Origin: Podarcis muralis
Taxonomy: Eukaryota
NCBI RefSeq assembly: GCF_964188315.1
Contig: NC_135667.1
Coordinates: forward strand, 8,804,001 to 8,868,000
Length of the DNA: 64,000 nt
Reading direction: 5' to 3'
Below, piece after piece: positions 1 to 12,875 of this stretch. The notes below the pieces were generated by a model. That model was not told the origin of the DNA, did no database searches, and saw only the letters and a list, made by a program, of their open reading frames with translations. The first letter of the stretch is position 1, and the number at the start of each line of letters is the position of its first letter. The translations under genes were made by a program, and so were the position numbers.

Positions 1-554
1 GAACATTGTGATTCATTTCAAGAATTAGTGCTGCTTTATTTTTCCAAGTTGTCTAGACAAGGACTGGCTAACCTCTGCCCTTTAGAGGTTATTGGACTCT
101 GACTCCAAAATTAGGAAGAGAAAAGCCAGAACTTTCTCTTAAAACAAAAGAAAACATGTTTGCTTCCATAATTGCTACTCAAGGTCTCTAAAGAAGGAAT
201 TCTTTCTCGACAATTATTCTTGCCACACTGCATATATATATAAATATATACACAGAGAGAGAGAGACAAATCTCCAGAGGCTTTTCAGATAATAGGAAAA
301 ACAATAACTTGGCAAGCCTGAAAGTGGATATTAGTAGGCTTCTGGTGGACAAAAACCGGGAGTAGGGCACTGTCACTTTCATCTCTAACAAATCCCCTTT
401 CATTCTTTCACTAGGCAGATAATTCCTAGAATACTGCTAATCTCACCCAGTATTTAAGACATGCATTTTTGTAGATGTGGTGATTCAGAAGCCAATGATG
501 GATTTTCCCCTGTGAAATAGATTATTGGCAGAGGCAAGAGAGAAGCTTAATAGG

Positions 555-3500
555 ATGCTGGATCTAGTGAAGGTGCTTCTCCTCCTTCCAATTGCATGTG
601 GAGTAGGTAACAGTAAGTGCCCCACTAACGTTCCTATACCTGTAGAACATGAATGGTATCAAGGAGGTGACCTCCTAATTTGTGGGATGACTTCTCATAT
701 CATATACCATTTTAGTGAAGTATCCTTCCGAATACATCCTTCTCAGAAGTTATATGAATTTCCAAAGTAAGGACCTTCCCCCCCCCCTTCCTCCTCCCTA
801 TAAGATTTTCCTGGTCATATCACCAACACAAACAACAGTTTCTTTAAGTGACAAAAAATTTATATTGTAGACCACCCTGTGATCCTTAGATGAAGGGCAG
901 TATAACAATGATAATTATGATGATGATGATGATGTTCAAGGAAAGGCACACTGGGATTGCACCCATCCAGGAACACAATTGTGCTTCTCTAGCCTTTTGG
1001 TGCCTGGCGTGCTCTGGTCCATGGGGTCACGAAGAGTTGGACACGACTAAACGACTAAACAACAACAAAGCACCTTTTGGGATCTTGTGCATTCTACAGT
1101 GTTTAGAGAAAAAAATTGACTCTGGCATCCTCTTGTGAGATCTCTTCCTGATTTGTCCCTCAGATTCCAAATCCAACAGATTTTGCCCCTTGGTTATGGG
1201 ATAGATTTCATAGGAACTGGAATACACCCAGATCCAAGATCTCAGTATATTGATGCATGATTTGAAGAGGGAGTTTTTAATAGGTTGTAGATATCAGTAT
1301 CAAATTAAATGAGATCCATAGAATATAAATCAGTCACCACCTTTTTGTGGAATGTCAGGCACCGTGACATTATCTTGTGATACACTAAATTCTTCTGTTT
1401 GCAGTTTTGTGACAAAGTTCCACCAGCATGTCCTTGCCTTGGTGTTTGCAGTGAATGAGATCAATGAGAATCCAAATATCTTGCCCAATGTAACACTTGG
1501 GTTCCACATCTATGACAGCTACTATGATGCTAGGATGACCTATCGTACCACCCTGGACATGCTCTTCAAATCTCATAGATTTAACCCCAACTACAAGTGT
1601 GGCATCTGTAACAGCCTCATCACTGTCATTGGGGGACTTAGCTCTGATACTTCCTTCCATATTGCAGATATCTTAAGACCCTACAAGATTCCACAGGTAG
1701 GATCTCTGCATATGAGACATGGGGATGTGCAGAAACAAATCTCTTACCATGTTTGCTTTTGCTTTTATGGTTCAGAAGCAGGAAGAGGTCTGAACGGTAT
1801 TCTTGAAAAATTATTAATCTGCTCTAGAACCTTTATTGGTATTGATGTGAAGCTCACTGTTGGTAGTTACCTGGCTGTTCTTTTTTTGTCTTTTTGAATA
1901 TGGGGGAGACATTTGCTCCTTGTAAATCAGTACAATTAAAGTATCGAGGTGTTCCCTTACCACCTCTTTTCCTCTCTTGGGCTCCGTGACATCATTGATT
2001 CTGTTATCACCAGGTTTGGTTGATTGTCTTCCATTAACACATTTGAGTCCGTAAGTGACTGTGGAGGCTAATTATGGATCCACACATCCTTCCACAGTGG
2101 AGATAGTAGTTTCTGGGTGGGAGCTGATCATGGTGAGGGTTTGCCAAATGTGCCTTCCTCTTAGCACATTTCTCTCTTTCATCCCGAGTTTGAACATCTT
2201 CAGTGTCCATGATACCTTTGTAAATGCTGTTCTCCAGATGGAGCGCTTGCAGGCCACTGTTTTCCAACTGTCTATGTTCATACTACTTTTTTTTGTTAGA
2301 TTTGCCTTTTATACTTGTTTTATATTTTTAAATTTGGAATAGAGTTGTTGCTTTTGTAAGACAATAATCAGGCATCCAAACATAATCAGTCCAACAAAGT
2401 TGGGAGGGTGATACAATTTAATCTGTACCTTATTACTGGTATGCTGTTGCCCCCCACTCACATCCCCCCTAGGAAGGAGAATAGATAGACATAACCTTGT
2501 TTTAAATAAATTTCTGAAAACCATACACGTCTCTAGACATTTCAAAACAGCATGGCCATATCTCTATATTAACAGCTAAAATTCTGGGTGAGTTTTCATT
2601 TTCTTTACCTCTCATAGTGTTCATATTGTCCTTCAGGAAATATTTCTACCATGAAGAGCTACATATAAGGAGACACTCTACCAAGCAGATCTCTCATAAT
2701 ACTATGTGTTTTTAATAGATCACGTATGGCTTGTTTGCAGCAGGAAACAGGGAAACAACGCAGTCCAATTCCTTTTACCGCATGGTCGCAAATGAAGACC
2801 ATCAATATATGGGAATTATTCAGTTACTTCTACATTTTGGATGGACATGGGTTGGGATCTTTGCTGAAGATGATGATGGTGGAGAACATTTCTTGTCAAC
2901 CCTGGAACCATTCCTTTCCAAGAACAGAATCTGTTCAGCCTTTACAAAAAGAATTCCCAGACAAGCACATATAGGTGACATAGAAAAACTTCTCAATACC
3001 TGGTCAAATGTTTATCCAGCTTTGATAGAGAACAAACCTAGCACACTGATGCTGTATGGAGGTTCATTGACTATCATGTTGCTAATGACTATTACTTATC
3101 TCCCACATCCTGATTACAAAGGAAATACGTCCATTGCAAAGGTGTGGATTATGACAACACAGATTGATATCATATTAACAGGTCTTCAGATAGGCTTTGA
3201 TATACAACTCTTCCAAGGAGCTATCTCCTTCAGCATTCACACAAAAGAGTTGCTAGGCTTCCAGGAATTTCTTCAGACCATAAAGCCCTACAGTACCAGG
3301 GCAGATGGTTTTCTCAAGGATTTCTGGGAGCAAGCATTTGTCTGTTCATTTCCAAATCCCCAAGAGCTGGTGGATGAAGATGAACTATGTACTGGGGAAG
3401 AGAGGTTAGACAGCCTGCCTGATCCAGTTTTTGAAATGAGCATGACTGGCCATAGCTATAGTATTTACAATGCTGCCTATGCTGTGGCTCATGCCTTACA

Positions 3501-6500
3501 TGCCATCTCATCAAGATGCCACCACAGAAGAATGACTGATGGGGGAAAACATAAACTCCATGATCTCCAGCCTTGGCAGGTAATGTTTTCACAATTAAAA
3601 TCTTCTTCATTTTTACTCTTTGCCCAGAACAGTTTTGTAGAAATCATCAGAGAGTATCCAACCTTTTCCTACACAAAATTATTAATGAAATGGGTTCATA
3701 TTTCCTCTCAAATTGGTGGCTGTAATGGGGAATCAATTTTTTCTTCTATCACTATGCATGTTCCTTTATCTACCTTTTATCACGTCTAGTTGGGTCTTTG
3801 CTATAGAAAAAACATAAAGGAAAGGAATGTACAAATAATCAGCATTTCATGTCTATGGACATGAAATGTTAGCCCTTGTTTCTTTTCCACTTTCAAATAG
3901 CTGCAACCATTTCTGCAAGGGATTTCATTCAATAACTCAGCTGGAGAAACAATATCATTTAATGCTAAAGGGGAAATGGGAGGTGGATTTGATATCAACA
4001 ACATGGTCATCTTCCCAAACAGATCCTTCCAAAGAGTGAAAGTTGGAAGTGTGAGTGAAGGAAAAGGATTCATCATTCATAAGGCCATGATTATATGGCC
4101 AAGAGGTTTTAACCAGGTACAGATTGTGTTTCCCCCTATTCTTGACTGGACTATCAGTTCTAAAACACCACTTGTTGTGCAACCTTATGCATCTGTCTCT
4201 GTCATGAAATCAGGAAACTAAACAGAAGTGTATGATTAAATAGAAAATATTTATTTTCCAACCAACTTTTGAAAATGCTCTGCTTCTTTGAGCAATATAA
4301 ATTTCCTACGTTGTACCTACGGTATCTGTTTTCTTATTGATGGATAGGGGATTCCCATTTCGGTCTGCAGTGACTCCTGCCAATCTGGGTATCGGAAACA
4401 AAAAAAGGAGGGGAAGAAGTTTTGCTGTTATGACTGTGCTTTATGCCCAGATGGGAAGTTTTCAGACCAAAAGGGTAGGTGATACAGCTGTTCTCCTGAT
4501 ATAAAGGTAAAGGTACCCCTGCCCGTACGGGCCAGTCTTGCCAGACTCTAGGGTTGTGCGCTCATCTCACTCTATAGGCCGGGAGCCAGCGCTGTCCGCT
4601 GGGTCACGTGGCCAGCGTGACAAGCTGCATCTGGCGAGCCAGCGCAGCACACGGAAACGCCGTTTACCTTCCCGCTAGTAAGCGGTCCCTATTTATCTAC
4701 TTGCACCCAGGGGTGCTTTCGAACTGCTAGGTTGGCAGGCGCTGGGACCGAGCAGCAGGAGCGCACCCCGCCACGGGGATTCGAACCGCCGACCTGATGA
4801 TTGGCAAGTCCTAGGTGCTGAGGTTTTACCCACAGCGCCACCCGCGTTCTCCTGATATAGCATCCAACTAAAAGGCCTAGGGATCCTTACCCATCACCCT
4901 GGTGTGTTTGTGTATCTGAATCTGGTTCTGCATGTTGTAAACACTTTCTTGCAGGATGGGGTCTTTCATTGTCACTTGAGACGGACAAATGCCAACAACC
5001 AGTTTTTCAACTAATTTTATTTTAATGAATTCCCATAATTTTGTGTGAAATATATATTTCATATATAGGCATTTTAGCGAGAATCTATGTTTTCATCTTA
5101 TACATGATTTTTTATTAAAATTTGATGTAAAACCAATGTGTTTCCTAATTCCTTTCATGATCCCATTCCCCCCCCCAAACAAAAATGGATTGCTTTTCAA
5201 CTCAAGAAGAAAGTGGGTCATTAACCTCCCAATATTTCTCTTATAGCAGCAAAAAAATTATAGGAAGCTGTTTTATGTCAAGTGAGAAAATTTGTCCATC
5301 TAGTTCAGTATTGTCTACACTCAGATGTTCTAAACTGGCTTTAGAACTTAGAAAGAACATGCTGCCAAAACATGCAAGTGTACAAATCTCCCATTACTTT
5401 AAAAAAATAAAAATCCTCTTTGGCATTTAGGAAAATCACCTCCACCCATGTCAACTCAAGTGTGTACACATTGACACATCATCATTGTTCTCATTGTGGT
5501 GAGTCATGAATTCACATGTACACCTCCGCACTGGAACTATGAAACAGAAATCAAGAAATATATCATTTATTATTTGGGAGGAAGTGAGGAAATTCTTCTT
5601 AAGTCTCACATGGAATGACACTGAAATGAGATTTCTTTCTGTTTTTCAGATATGGATGACTGTCTCCAGTGCCCAGAAGATCAGTATCCAAGCAAGGACA
5701 AAGATCAATGTTTTCCAAAGCGTCTAACTTTTCTATCTTTCAAAGAGCCTTTAGGGATCATTTTAACTTCTCTTGCTGCATCCTTTTCCTTTATCACAGC
5801 TTTGGTTCTAGGAACCTTTATTAAACACAAAGACACCCGCATCGTCAAAGCCAACAACCGGGACATCAGCTACATTCTGCTTGTCTCTCTCGTCCTCTGC
5901 TTCCTCTGTTCTTTGCCATTCCTTGGACAACCCAATAATGTGACCTGCATTCTCCGGCAACCAGCTTTTGGCATCATCTTCTCTGTGGTTATTTCTTGTG
6001 TGATGGCTAAAACCATCACTGTTGTGGTCGCTTTCATGGCCACCAAACCAGGATCCAGCATGAGGAAGTGGGTGGGGAAAAGACTGGCCAACTCCATTAT
6101 CTTTTCTTGCACCCTCATTCAATCAGGAATTTGTGTTTTGTGGTTGGCAAACTTCTCTCCATTCCCAGATCTGGACATGCATTCTCAGAGCAAAGAGATC
6201 ATTGCATTATGCAATGAAGGATCTGTCCTCATGTTTTATTTAGTTCTGGGCTACATGGGATTTCTGGCCATCATCAGCTTCACAGTGGCTTTCTTTGCTA
6301 GAAAGCTGCCAGACACTTTTAATGAAGCCAAGTTCATCACTTTCAGTATGTTGTTGTTTTGCAGTGTTTGGCTGACTTTTGTTCCAACTTACCTGAGCAC
6401 CAAGGGAAAATACATGGTGGCTGTGGAGATCTTCTCCATCTTAGCTTCCAGTGTTGGATTACTTGGTTGTATCTTTTCCCCCAAATGCTATATTATTATT

Positions 6501-6554
6501 CTTAGGCCGGAGTTGAACAACAGGGAACAGCTAACGAAGAGAAAGAATTATTGA
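555..6554 (+). CDS. Vomeronasal type-2 receptor gene 1 (class C GPCR), 6 exons, about 870 aa, apparently intact
   Basis: Exons 555-766, 1405-1696, 2719-3579, 3901-4116, 4348-4474, 5650-6554, all GT-AG and in frame (2613 nt). Signal peptide, Venus-flytrap motifs ([27 protein letters not shown]), Cys-rich CCYDC exon, 7TM exon with [32 protein letters not shown]. Confidence 0.93.
1000..1069 (+). mobile_element. RTE-BovB-type 3' tail fragment in intron 1 of V2R gene 1
   Basis: GTGCCTGGCGTGCTCTGGTCCATGGGGTCACGAAGAG...ACGACTAAACAACAACAA; absent from the paralogous intron of gene 2 (about 15440-15470); same tail occurs inverted at 45140-45280. Confidence 0.7.
2020..2280 (-). mobile_element. Decayed RTE-clade LINE 3' fragment (intron 2 of gene 1; paralogous copy 16822-17080 in gene 2)
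   Basis: Minus-strand translation ends in [17 protein letters not shown], resembling the C-terminal Cys/His motif of RTE-type ORF2; shared by both paralogs. Confidence 0.55.
4504..4845 (-). mobile_element. Sauria-type tRNA-derived SINE in intron 5 of gene 1
   Basis: Inverted copy of the element at 22140; (ACCTTT)n tail; 14-bp TSD GTTCTCCTGATATA at 4490-4503 and 4846-4859; empty site in gene 2 at about 19293. Confidence 0.85.
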
Positions 6555-6575
6555 ACCTTTATGTCATATTAGTTA

Positions 6576-7074
6576 TGTTTTTTCAGGAACTGGCAGACTG
6601 CCAGCTTAGATAATCAGCACACCGTCATTGTTAGTTACAAGCATATTTATTATACACAGTAATTAACCACAGAGCGACCGTCCATCAAGATGATGTTGAG
6701 GCATCTGAATTCCAAGTGTGTCTCCAACAGGAAACACGCCAGCACCACCATCGCTTCTTCTTTGATTGACGCCTTTCTCTGACCTTTGTTCGTCCACGAG
6801 CCTGGGGACTCTCAGGGTCATCTCCCACCTCTCCCTCTGAGGAAGAGTCTACCCTCCTGTGTTGTGACCAAAGGCTGCTCCTCATAGAATTGGCCTCCAT
6901 CTAGCCCACTTTCACTGTCTTGAAATTTACAGTCTCTTCTCCTCTAGAGAAGGGCGTTGTGGCCCACTGCCTTCAGCTCACTGGGAAAGAGGCCAGTCTC
7001 TTTCCTCCTCTTCTGACTGACTGCTCCCCCACTCAGAATCCTTATCGTGGCTGTGGGAAGGCACGTCCATGACA
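6576..7074 (-). mobile_element. Probable solo LTR-like insertion just downstream of the gene 1 stop
   Basis: About 500-bp block with TG...CA ends and minus-strand AATAAA; absent at the paralogous site after gene 2 (about 21040); no clear TSD. Confidence 0.5.
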
Positions 7075-7157
7075 TGTTTGTTCTTTTCAGTGGGTCTGTT
7101 CTGACTGTAACTAACATTGGATCTTTATCATGAGCTCTTATTAGGAATTCTAGAAGA

Positions 7158-7183
7158 AGAAGAAGAAGAAGAAGAAGAAGAAG

Positions 7184-7215
<32 letters not shown>

Positions 7216-7492
7216 GAAGAAGAAGAACAAGAAGAAGAGTAGTAGTAGTAGTAGTAGTTTGGATTTGATATCCCGCCTTTCACTCCCTTTAAGGAGTCTC
7301 AAAGTGGCTAACATGCTCCTTTCCCTTCCTCCCCCACAACAAACACTCTGTGAGGTGAGTGGGGCTGAGAGACTTCAAAGAAGTGTGACTGGCCCAAGGT
7401 CACCCAGCAGCTGCATGTGGAGGAGCGGAGACGCGAACCCGGTTCCCCAGATTACGAGACTACCGCTCTTAACCACTACACCACACTGGCTC
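7158..7492 (-). mobile_element. tRNA-derived SINE with L2-type 3' end and (TTC)n/(CTA)n tail
   Basis: Minus strand starts AGCCAGTGTGGTGTAGTGGTTAAGAG (A box) ... GGGTTCGCGTC (B-box-like); (AAG)n then (TAG)n at about 7152-7258 on +; flanked by a 76-bp direct duplication. Confidence 0.75.
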
Positions 7493-8815
7493 TCTTTTCA
7501 GTGGGTCTGTTCTGACTGTAACTAACATTGGATCTTCATCATGAGCTCTTATTAGGAATTCTAGAAGAATGAAAGCACCCATGCTCTAATATTCGTTACG
7601 ACAGTTGTTTCTACATTCTGATTGCCAGAATAATACCTTCCATCCCATCCCTTTGAACACTCCATTTTGGGGATTCCTACCAACATTGGCTAAGCAAGCT
7701 TCAACTCTGACAGCCGAATCCTGTCTCTGCCATGATGAGGCATTCCTACTGGCATATATTTGGCTGAGTGTGGACTGGGGACTTATCACAAACTGAGTCT
7801 GGCTCAGCCATAAACCAGCTAGCTGAGCTGCACGTCCACTGCACAATGAAGTGCTCATGCTAGTGGACTTTGCCATAAGATTTCCCACCAAAGAATAGTA
7901 AAGCAGGTCAAAATTTGTTCTTACAAAAGCTCTATCTAAAGTTTTCAATGGCTCAAAACAGGAGAGCCTTTTTCAATGCCAGAAATTCTTTTAAGATGCT
8001 GCCAGTAAGTGAGCTTCTGGCTGTAGGAAATTAATATGTTCAAACTTCAGAGCATATTTATATGCCTTCTTAGAGTCTTATCAAGTTAATAAGTCAGTGT
8101 CCCATAAACATATTCATGTTTTTAAACATTTTTTATAGCTTTAACAAAACTCACATGTGCCCCCTCAACCACTTTGAATGGCAAAATTGGCACACTACAA
8201 TTTTCACATAAGGCCCATTCTACATTTGTAACCACTTGATCATTTATTATTATTATTATTATTCCACCCTATACCCACAAGTCTCTGGGTGGTTCACAGA
8301 ATGAAATTTAGTGTGGCTGCACATAAAACTCTCTGGCTCCATCACAGTGTTTGTTTCAGTGCCTACTAGAAACAGTTTAGATATGCTGATGTGAATTTCA
8401 ATCAGTTAGAATATTTTAATTTTCTGTATGCTTTAATGTATTGTGATCACCCGCCCCAATTTTATGGTTTTAATTCTTTGTAAACTGCTTTGAGGATTAT
8501 ATCTCCCAGATAAGGCTAGTTCTACATTAATTCTGACCAATTTTAGCCCCAACACCAATACATTAGTTTCTTTGACACACAGGGCAGCAGATGTGGCCTC
8601 CAAGGATTGCATCTTCAGTTGCTGCAGCCATGGTGGCAACAACAGGTGCAGTATGTTCCTTGGAGGCTGGCCTGCTGTCTTTCAGATAGCAGCAGCAGCA
8701 GCACCCCCTCCATGCTCATAGGTGTCTCTCGCTATCTTTGTATGATTGTGGGTTTCAACAAGAGCTGGGAGCTGAGTGGTAGGAGAAATGGCAAGGCAGT
8801 ATGAAGGAGACTAGG

Positions 8816-9253
8816 TGTCAGGGCAGAGCCAGGATGCTCAGAGTCCACTGACATAGCTGAGCATGGGCACTTAGAGACAGGAGCAGAAGAGGAATACATG
8901 TATGCAGAAGGGGAGAGAGAAGAGCCTAGTGGGGCAGCGTCAACACCAACAGGACCCGAGAACCAGGAAGAGGTGGGGAGTGAACAGGCTGACTTACAGG
9001 CACCGCAAGGGTTAACCTCAGAATTGGATGAGGGCAGGAGATTTACAAAAGAAAGGGTCAGAGGCGGGGCTCAAGATTCCCGCACTTTAGGTGCTGGAAG
9101 AGGAAGTAGAAGCCGTTAGCTGTATCTGAAGTGAGTGATTCAGATTGATGGATTAATCATTATGCCTTCTGTATATAGTTGTAAATAAAGACTATAAAAC
9201 CGTCAATGGTCTGCCGTGGTTTCTGGTGAAGAGAGCAACTTCCAGCCCTGACA
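8816..9253 (+). mobile_element. Solo LTR-like element (second copy 13444-13905)
   Basis: Ends TGTCAGGG...CCCTGACA (8-bp terminal inverted repeat, TG..CA), internal AATAAA; no matching TSD found. Confidence 0.6.
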
Positions 9254-10391
9254 GGGAATATGTTACATATGTGTGCGGCAATGCAATTCCTCTGTCATGA
9301 CAAGATCAAACATAATGAAAGTGATTAGGAGGACAATACTGTTCTTAGCCAAGTGTTCAAGGGGCCCTAGCTATGTCTCTGGTTATACTGTCTCTACAGT
9401 GGACTTTTTGGCAAATAGTAGGTACTACTGGTCTCCTATCACCTGTGTTCCTGATGTAGATCTTCACTCACTCCTTCTTCCCTGATTGGAGAAAAGTGAG
9501 CACATAGAGCACAAAGTGAGCAGATAGAATGGTACAATTTACTTCCTTGGAGCAACCCCTCAAGGAGATTGTGTGGCTTCTGTGAGAGAAAAGTGGTCTA
9601 TAAAAGAGGAGCAGGGACCTAATGAAGAAGCCATGCTCAAGATCCCACAAACCCTAGAGATGTGCAGGGTGACATTACTTGCAAGTGATTTAACAATTGC
9701 TGCATCTCAAGGCAGACCTCGAAGACTGCTTTGGATTAAAGTAGCATTCACTACACCCCTATTCAGTTCTGTGACTAGCTATTTTAATACTTTATAGCAA
9801 AGGAGAGTATTGACTACCATCCTGTAGATCAAACTGAAGCTGAACATTGTGATTCATTTCAAGAATTAGTGCTGCTTTATTTTTCCAAGTTGTCTAGACA
9901 AGGACTGGCTAACCTCTGCCCTTTAGAGGTTATTGGACTCTGACTCCAAAATTAGGAAGAGAAAAGCCAGAACTTTCTCTTAAAACAAAAGAAAACATGT
10001 TTGCTTCCATAATTGCTACTCAAGGTCTCTAAAGAAGGAATTCTTTCTCGACAATTATTCTTGCCACACTGCATATATATATAAATATATACACACAGAG
10101 AGAGAGAGACAAATCTCCAGAGGCTTTTCAGATAATAGGAAAAACAATAACTTGGCAAGCCTGAAAGTGGATATTAGTAGGCTTCTGGTGGACAAAAACC
10201 GGGAGTAGGGCACTGTCACTTTCATCTCTAACAAATCCCCTTTCATTCTGTCACTAGGCAGATAATTCCTAGAATTATCTCTCCCAGTATTTAAGACATG
10301 CATTTTTGTAGATGTGGTGATTCAGAAGCCAATGATGGATTTCCCCCTGTGAAATAGATTATTGGCAGAGGCAAGAGAGAAGCTTAACAGG

Positions 10392-10426
10392 ATGCTGGAT
10401 CTAGTGAAGGTGCTTCTCCTCCTTCC
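10392..10426 (+). pseudogene. Truncated V2R exon 1 remnant ([11 protein letters not shown]) interrupted by an L1
   Basis: Identical to the first 35 nt of exon 1 in genes 1 and 2, preceded by the same promoter, followed directly by the poly(T) of an inverted L1. Confidence 0.88.
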
Positions 10427-12875
10427 TTTTTTTTTTTAAAAAAATAATTTTTATTAATTTTCCAAACATATAATGAAAACAAACAATAAAACAAAACAAA
10501 ACATACAAACAAATAAACATGTATAATTTCATAAGCTCATTTTTCTTCACCTTATTTCTCGGACTTCCCCATACCTCCCTTTTTCTGCATCCTTATTTTT
10601 CCCTTTTAACAGCAACCCTCTATTTAATTAATTAAATCATCTTCATTATAATTCCCTTAAATTTATGATATACAGCTACAATTCTCTGTTTCTTAACACC
10701 ATTGCATCTCAGCACTCCTCAATGTTACAACAGTTTTTAAGGTATATTTTAAATTTCTTCCAGTCTTCTTCCACTGTCTCACTCCCCTGGTCACGGATTC
10801 TGCCGGTCATCTCTGCCATTCCCATGTAGTCGATCACCTTCGCTTGCCATTCTTCCAGAGTGGGTAGCTGCTGCATCTTCCAATACTTTGCCAGAAGAAT
10901 TCTTGCTGCTGTGGTAGCATACATAAAGAAAGTTCTGTCCTTCCTTGGCACCAATTGGCCCACCATGCCCAGGAGAAAAGCCTCTGGTTTTTTGGAAAAT
11001 GTCCATTTAAGAACCTTTTTAATTTCATTGTAGATCATTTCCCAGTAGGCTTTAATCTTCGGGCAGGTCCACCAAAGGTGATAGAAAGTACCTTCAGTCT
11101 CATTACATTTCCAACATTTATTATTGGGCAAATGGTAAATTTTTGCAAGTTTGACTGGGGTCATATACCATCTATAGATCATTTTCATTATGTTTTCTCT
11201 TAAAGCATTACAAGCCGTAAATCTAACACCAGTGTTCCATAACCTTTCCCAGTCATCAAACATAATGTCATGACCTATGTCTTGTGCCCATTTGATCATA
11301 GCTGATTTTACTGTTTCATCTTGTGTATTCCATTTCAGCAGCAAATTGTACATTCTTGACAAGTTCTTAGTATTGGGTTCTAACAATTCTGTTTCTAATT
11401 TCGACCTCTCCTTCTGAAAACCTATTTTCCTGTCTTGTTTAAATACCTCATTTATCTGAAGGTAGTGCAACCAATCTCTTACTTTAAACTTTAATTTGTC
11501 ATAACTCTGTAATTTGACCCTTTCACCATCTTGCTCTAAGATTTCACAATATTTTGGCCATTTGGACTCCATATTAAGTTTTTTTGTCTCTTTAGCCTCC
11601 ATTGGTGATAGCCACCTGGGAGTTTTACTTTCCAATAGATCTTTATATCTTATCCAAACATTGTATAGTGCTTTCCTAACAATATGGTTTTTAAAACCTT
11701 TATGCATTTTTACCTTGTCATACCATATATATGCATGCCAACCAAATCTGTTGTCGTACCCTTCCAGATCCAAAATGTCTGTGTTCTCAAGAAGCAGCCA
11801 TTGTTTCAGCCAGCAGAACGCTGCCGATTCATAATAAAGTCTCAGGTCCGGCAGGGCAAACCCCCCTCTGTCTTTTGCATCAGTTAAGATCTTAAAGTTT
11901 ATTCTGGGCTTTTTGCCCTGCCAGACAAATTTTGATATGTCTTTTTGCCACCTCTTGAAACAGTCCATTTTTTCCAGGATCTGGAGTGTCTGGAATAAAA
12001 ACAACATTCTAGGCAATACATTCATCTTGATGACAGCAATTCGGCCTAACAAGGAAAGTCTCAACCTTGACCATATTTCTAGATCTTTCTTCACCTCTGT
12101 CCAACATTTGTCATAGTTGTCTTTAAATAGATTCACATTTTTAGAAGTCAGATTCACACCCAGGTACTTCACCTTTTTTGTTATTACTAAACCTGTTTCA
12201 CTCTGAAACTTCTCTTTTTCTGCCATTGTTAGATTTTTCTCCAACACTTTAGTTTTTTGCTTATTCAATTTAAATCCTGCTACTTGACCAAATATCTCAA
12301 TTAGTTCTAATACTCTTTTAGTACTAGTATCTGGCTGTTGTAGAGTCAGTACAAGGTCATCTGCGAATGCCCTTAATTGGTAGTTTTTGGCTCCGACCTG
12401 AATCCCTTTAACCAATTGGTCCCCTCTAATCATATTTAGCAAGACCTCCAGGACTGTTATAAAAAGTAAGGGAGATATTGGGCACCCCTGTCGTGTACCT
12501 TTTTCTATAGGTATTTCTTCTGTAACCACATTGTTCACAATCAACTTTGCTTTTTGCTTAGAATATATAGCACCTATACCGTTTTCAAAACCTTGGCCTA
12601 CCCCCATGCCTTGGAGATTCTTCTTCATAAAGGTCCAACATATATTATCAAAGGCTTTCTCCGCGTCCACAAAAATCAATACCGCCTTTCTATTAATGTT
12701 CACTTCCAGCAGTTCCAAAATATCTATAATGTTCCTCACATTGTCTGACATATGTCTCCCTGGGAGAAAGCCTGTTTGGTCCTTGTGAATCTCCCCAATC
12801 AGCACTCTTTTCAATCTTTTTGCTAAAATGTCTGCAAAGATTTTATAATCCACATTAAGTAATGATATAGGGCGG
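10427..12875 (-). mobile_element. 5'-truncated L1-clade LINE (RT plus C-terminal CCHC region, open frame)
   Basis: ORF from RPISLLNVDYK through GTRQGCPISP, FADD and CWKC...H..W.C; poly(A) tail; 18-bp TSD GGTGCTTCTCCTCCTTCC at 10409-10426 and 12876-12893. Confidence 0.93.

Larger units (their letters stand above)
8262..10426 (+). repeat. About 2.2-kb segmental direct repeat (V2R upstream region plus exon 1 start); second copy 12890-15049, partial third copy 1-589
   Basis: Near-identical sequence from TTCCACC.TATACCCACAAG to GGTGCTTCTCCTCCTTCC; duplicated ORFs in the track (8433/13061, 8607/13235, 188/10055/14648). Confidence 0.92.

Noticed and set aside
5808-6122. Antisense ORFs over V2R exons (also 1385-1660, 20267-20581, 43076-43870, 52525-52830)
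   Set aside because: Shadow frames of conserved coding exons, repeated only because the sense genes are paralogous.
7586-7948. 120-aa minus-strand ORF in unique sequence
   Set aside because: No recognisable domain, splice context or paralog in the window.
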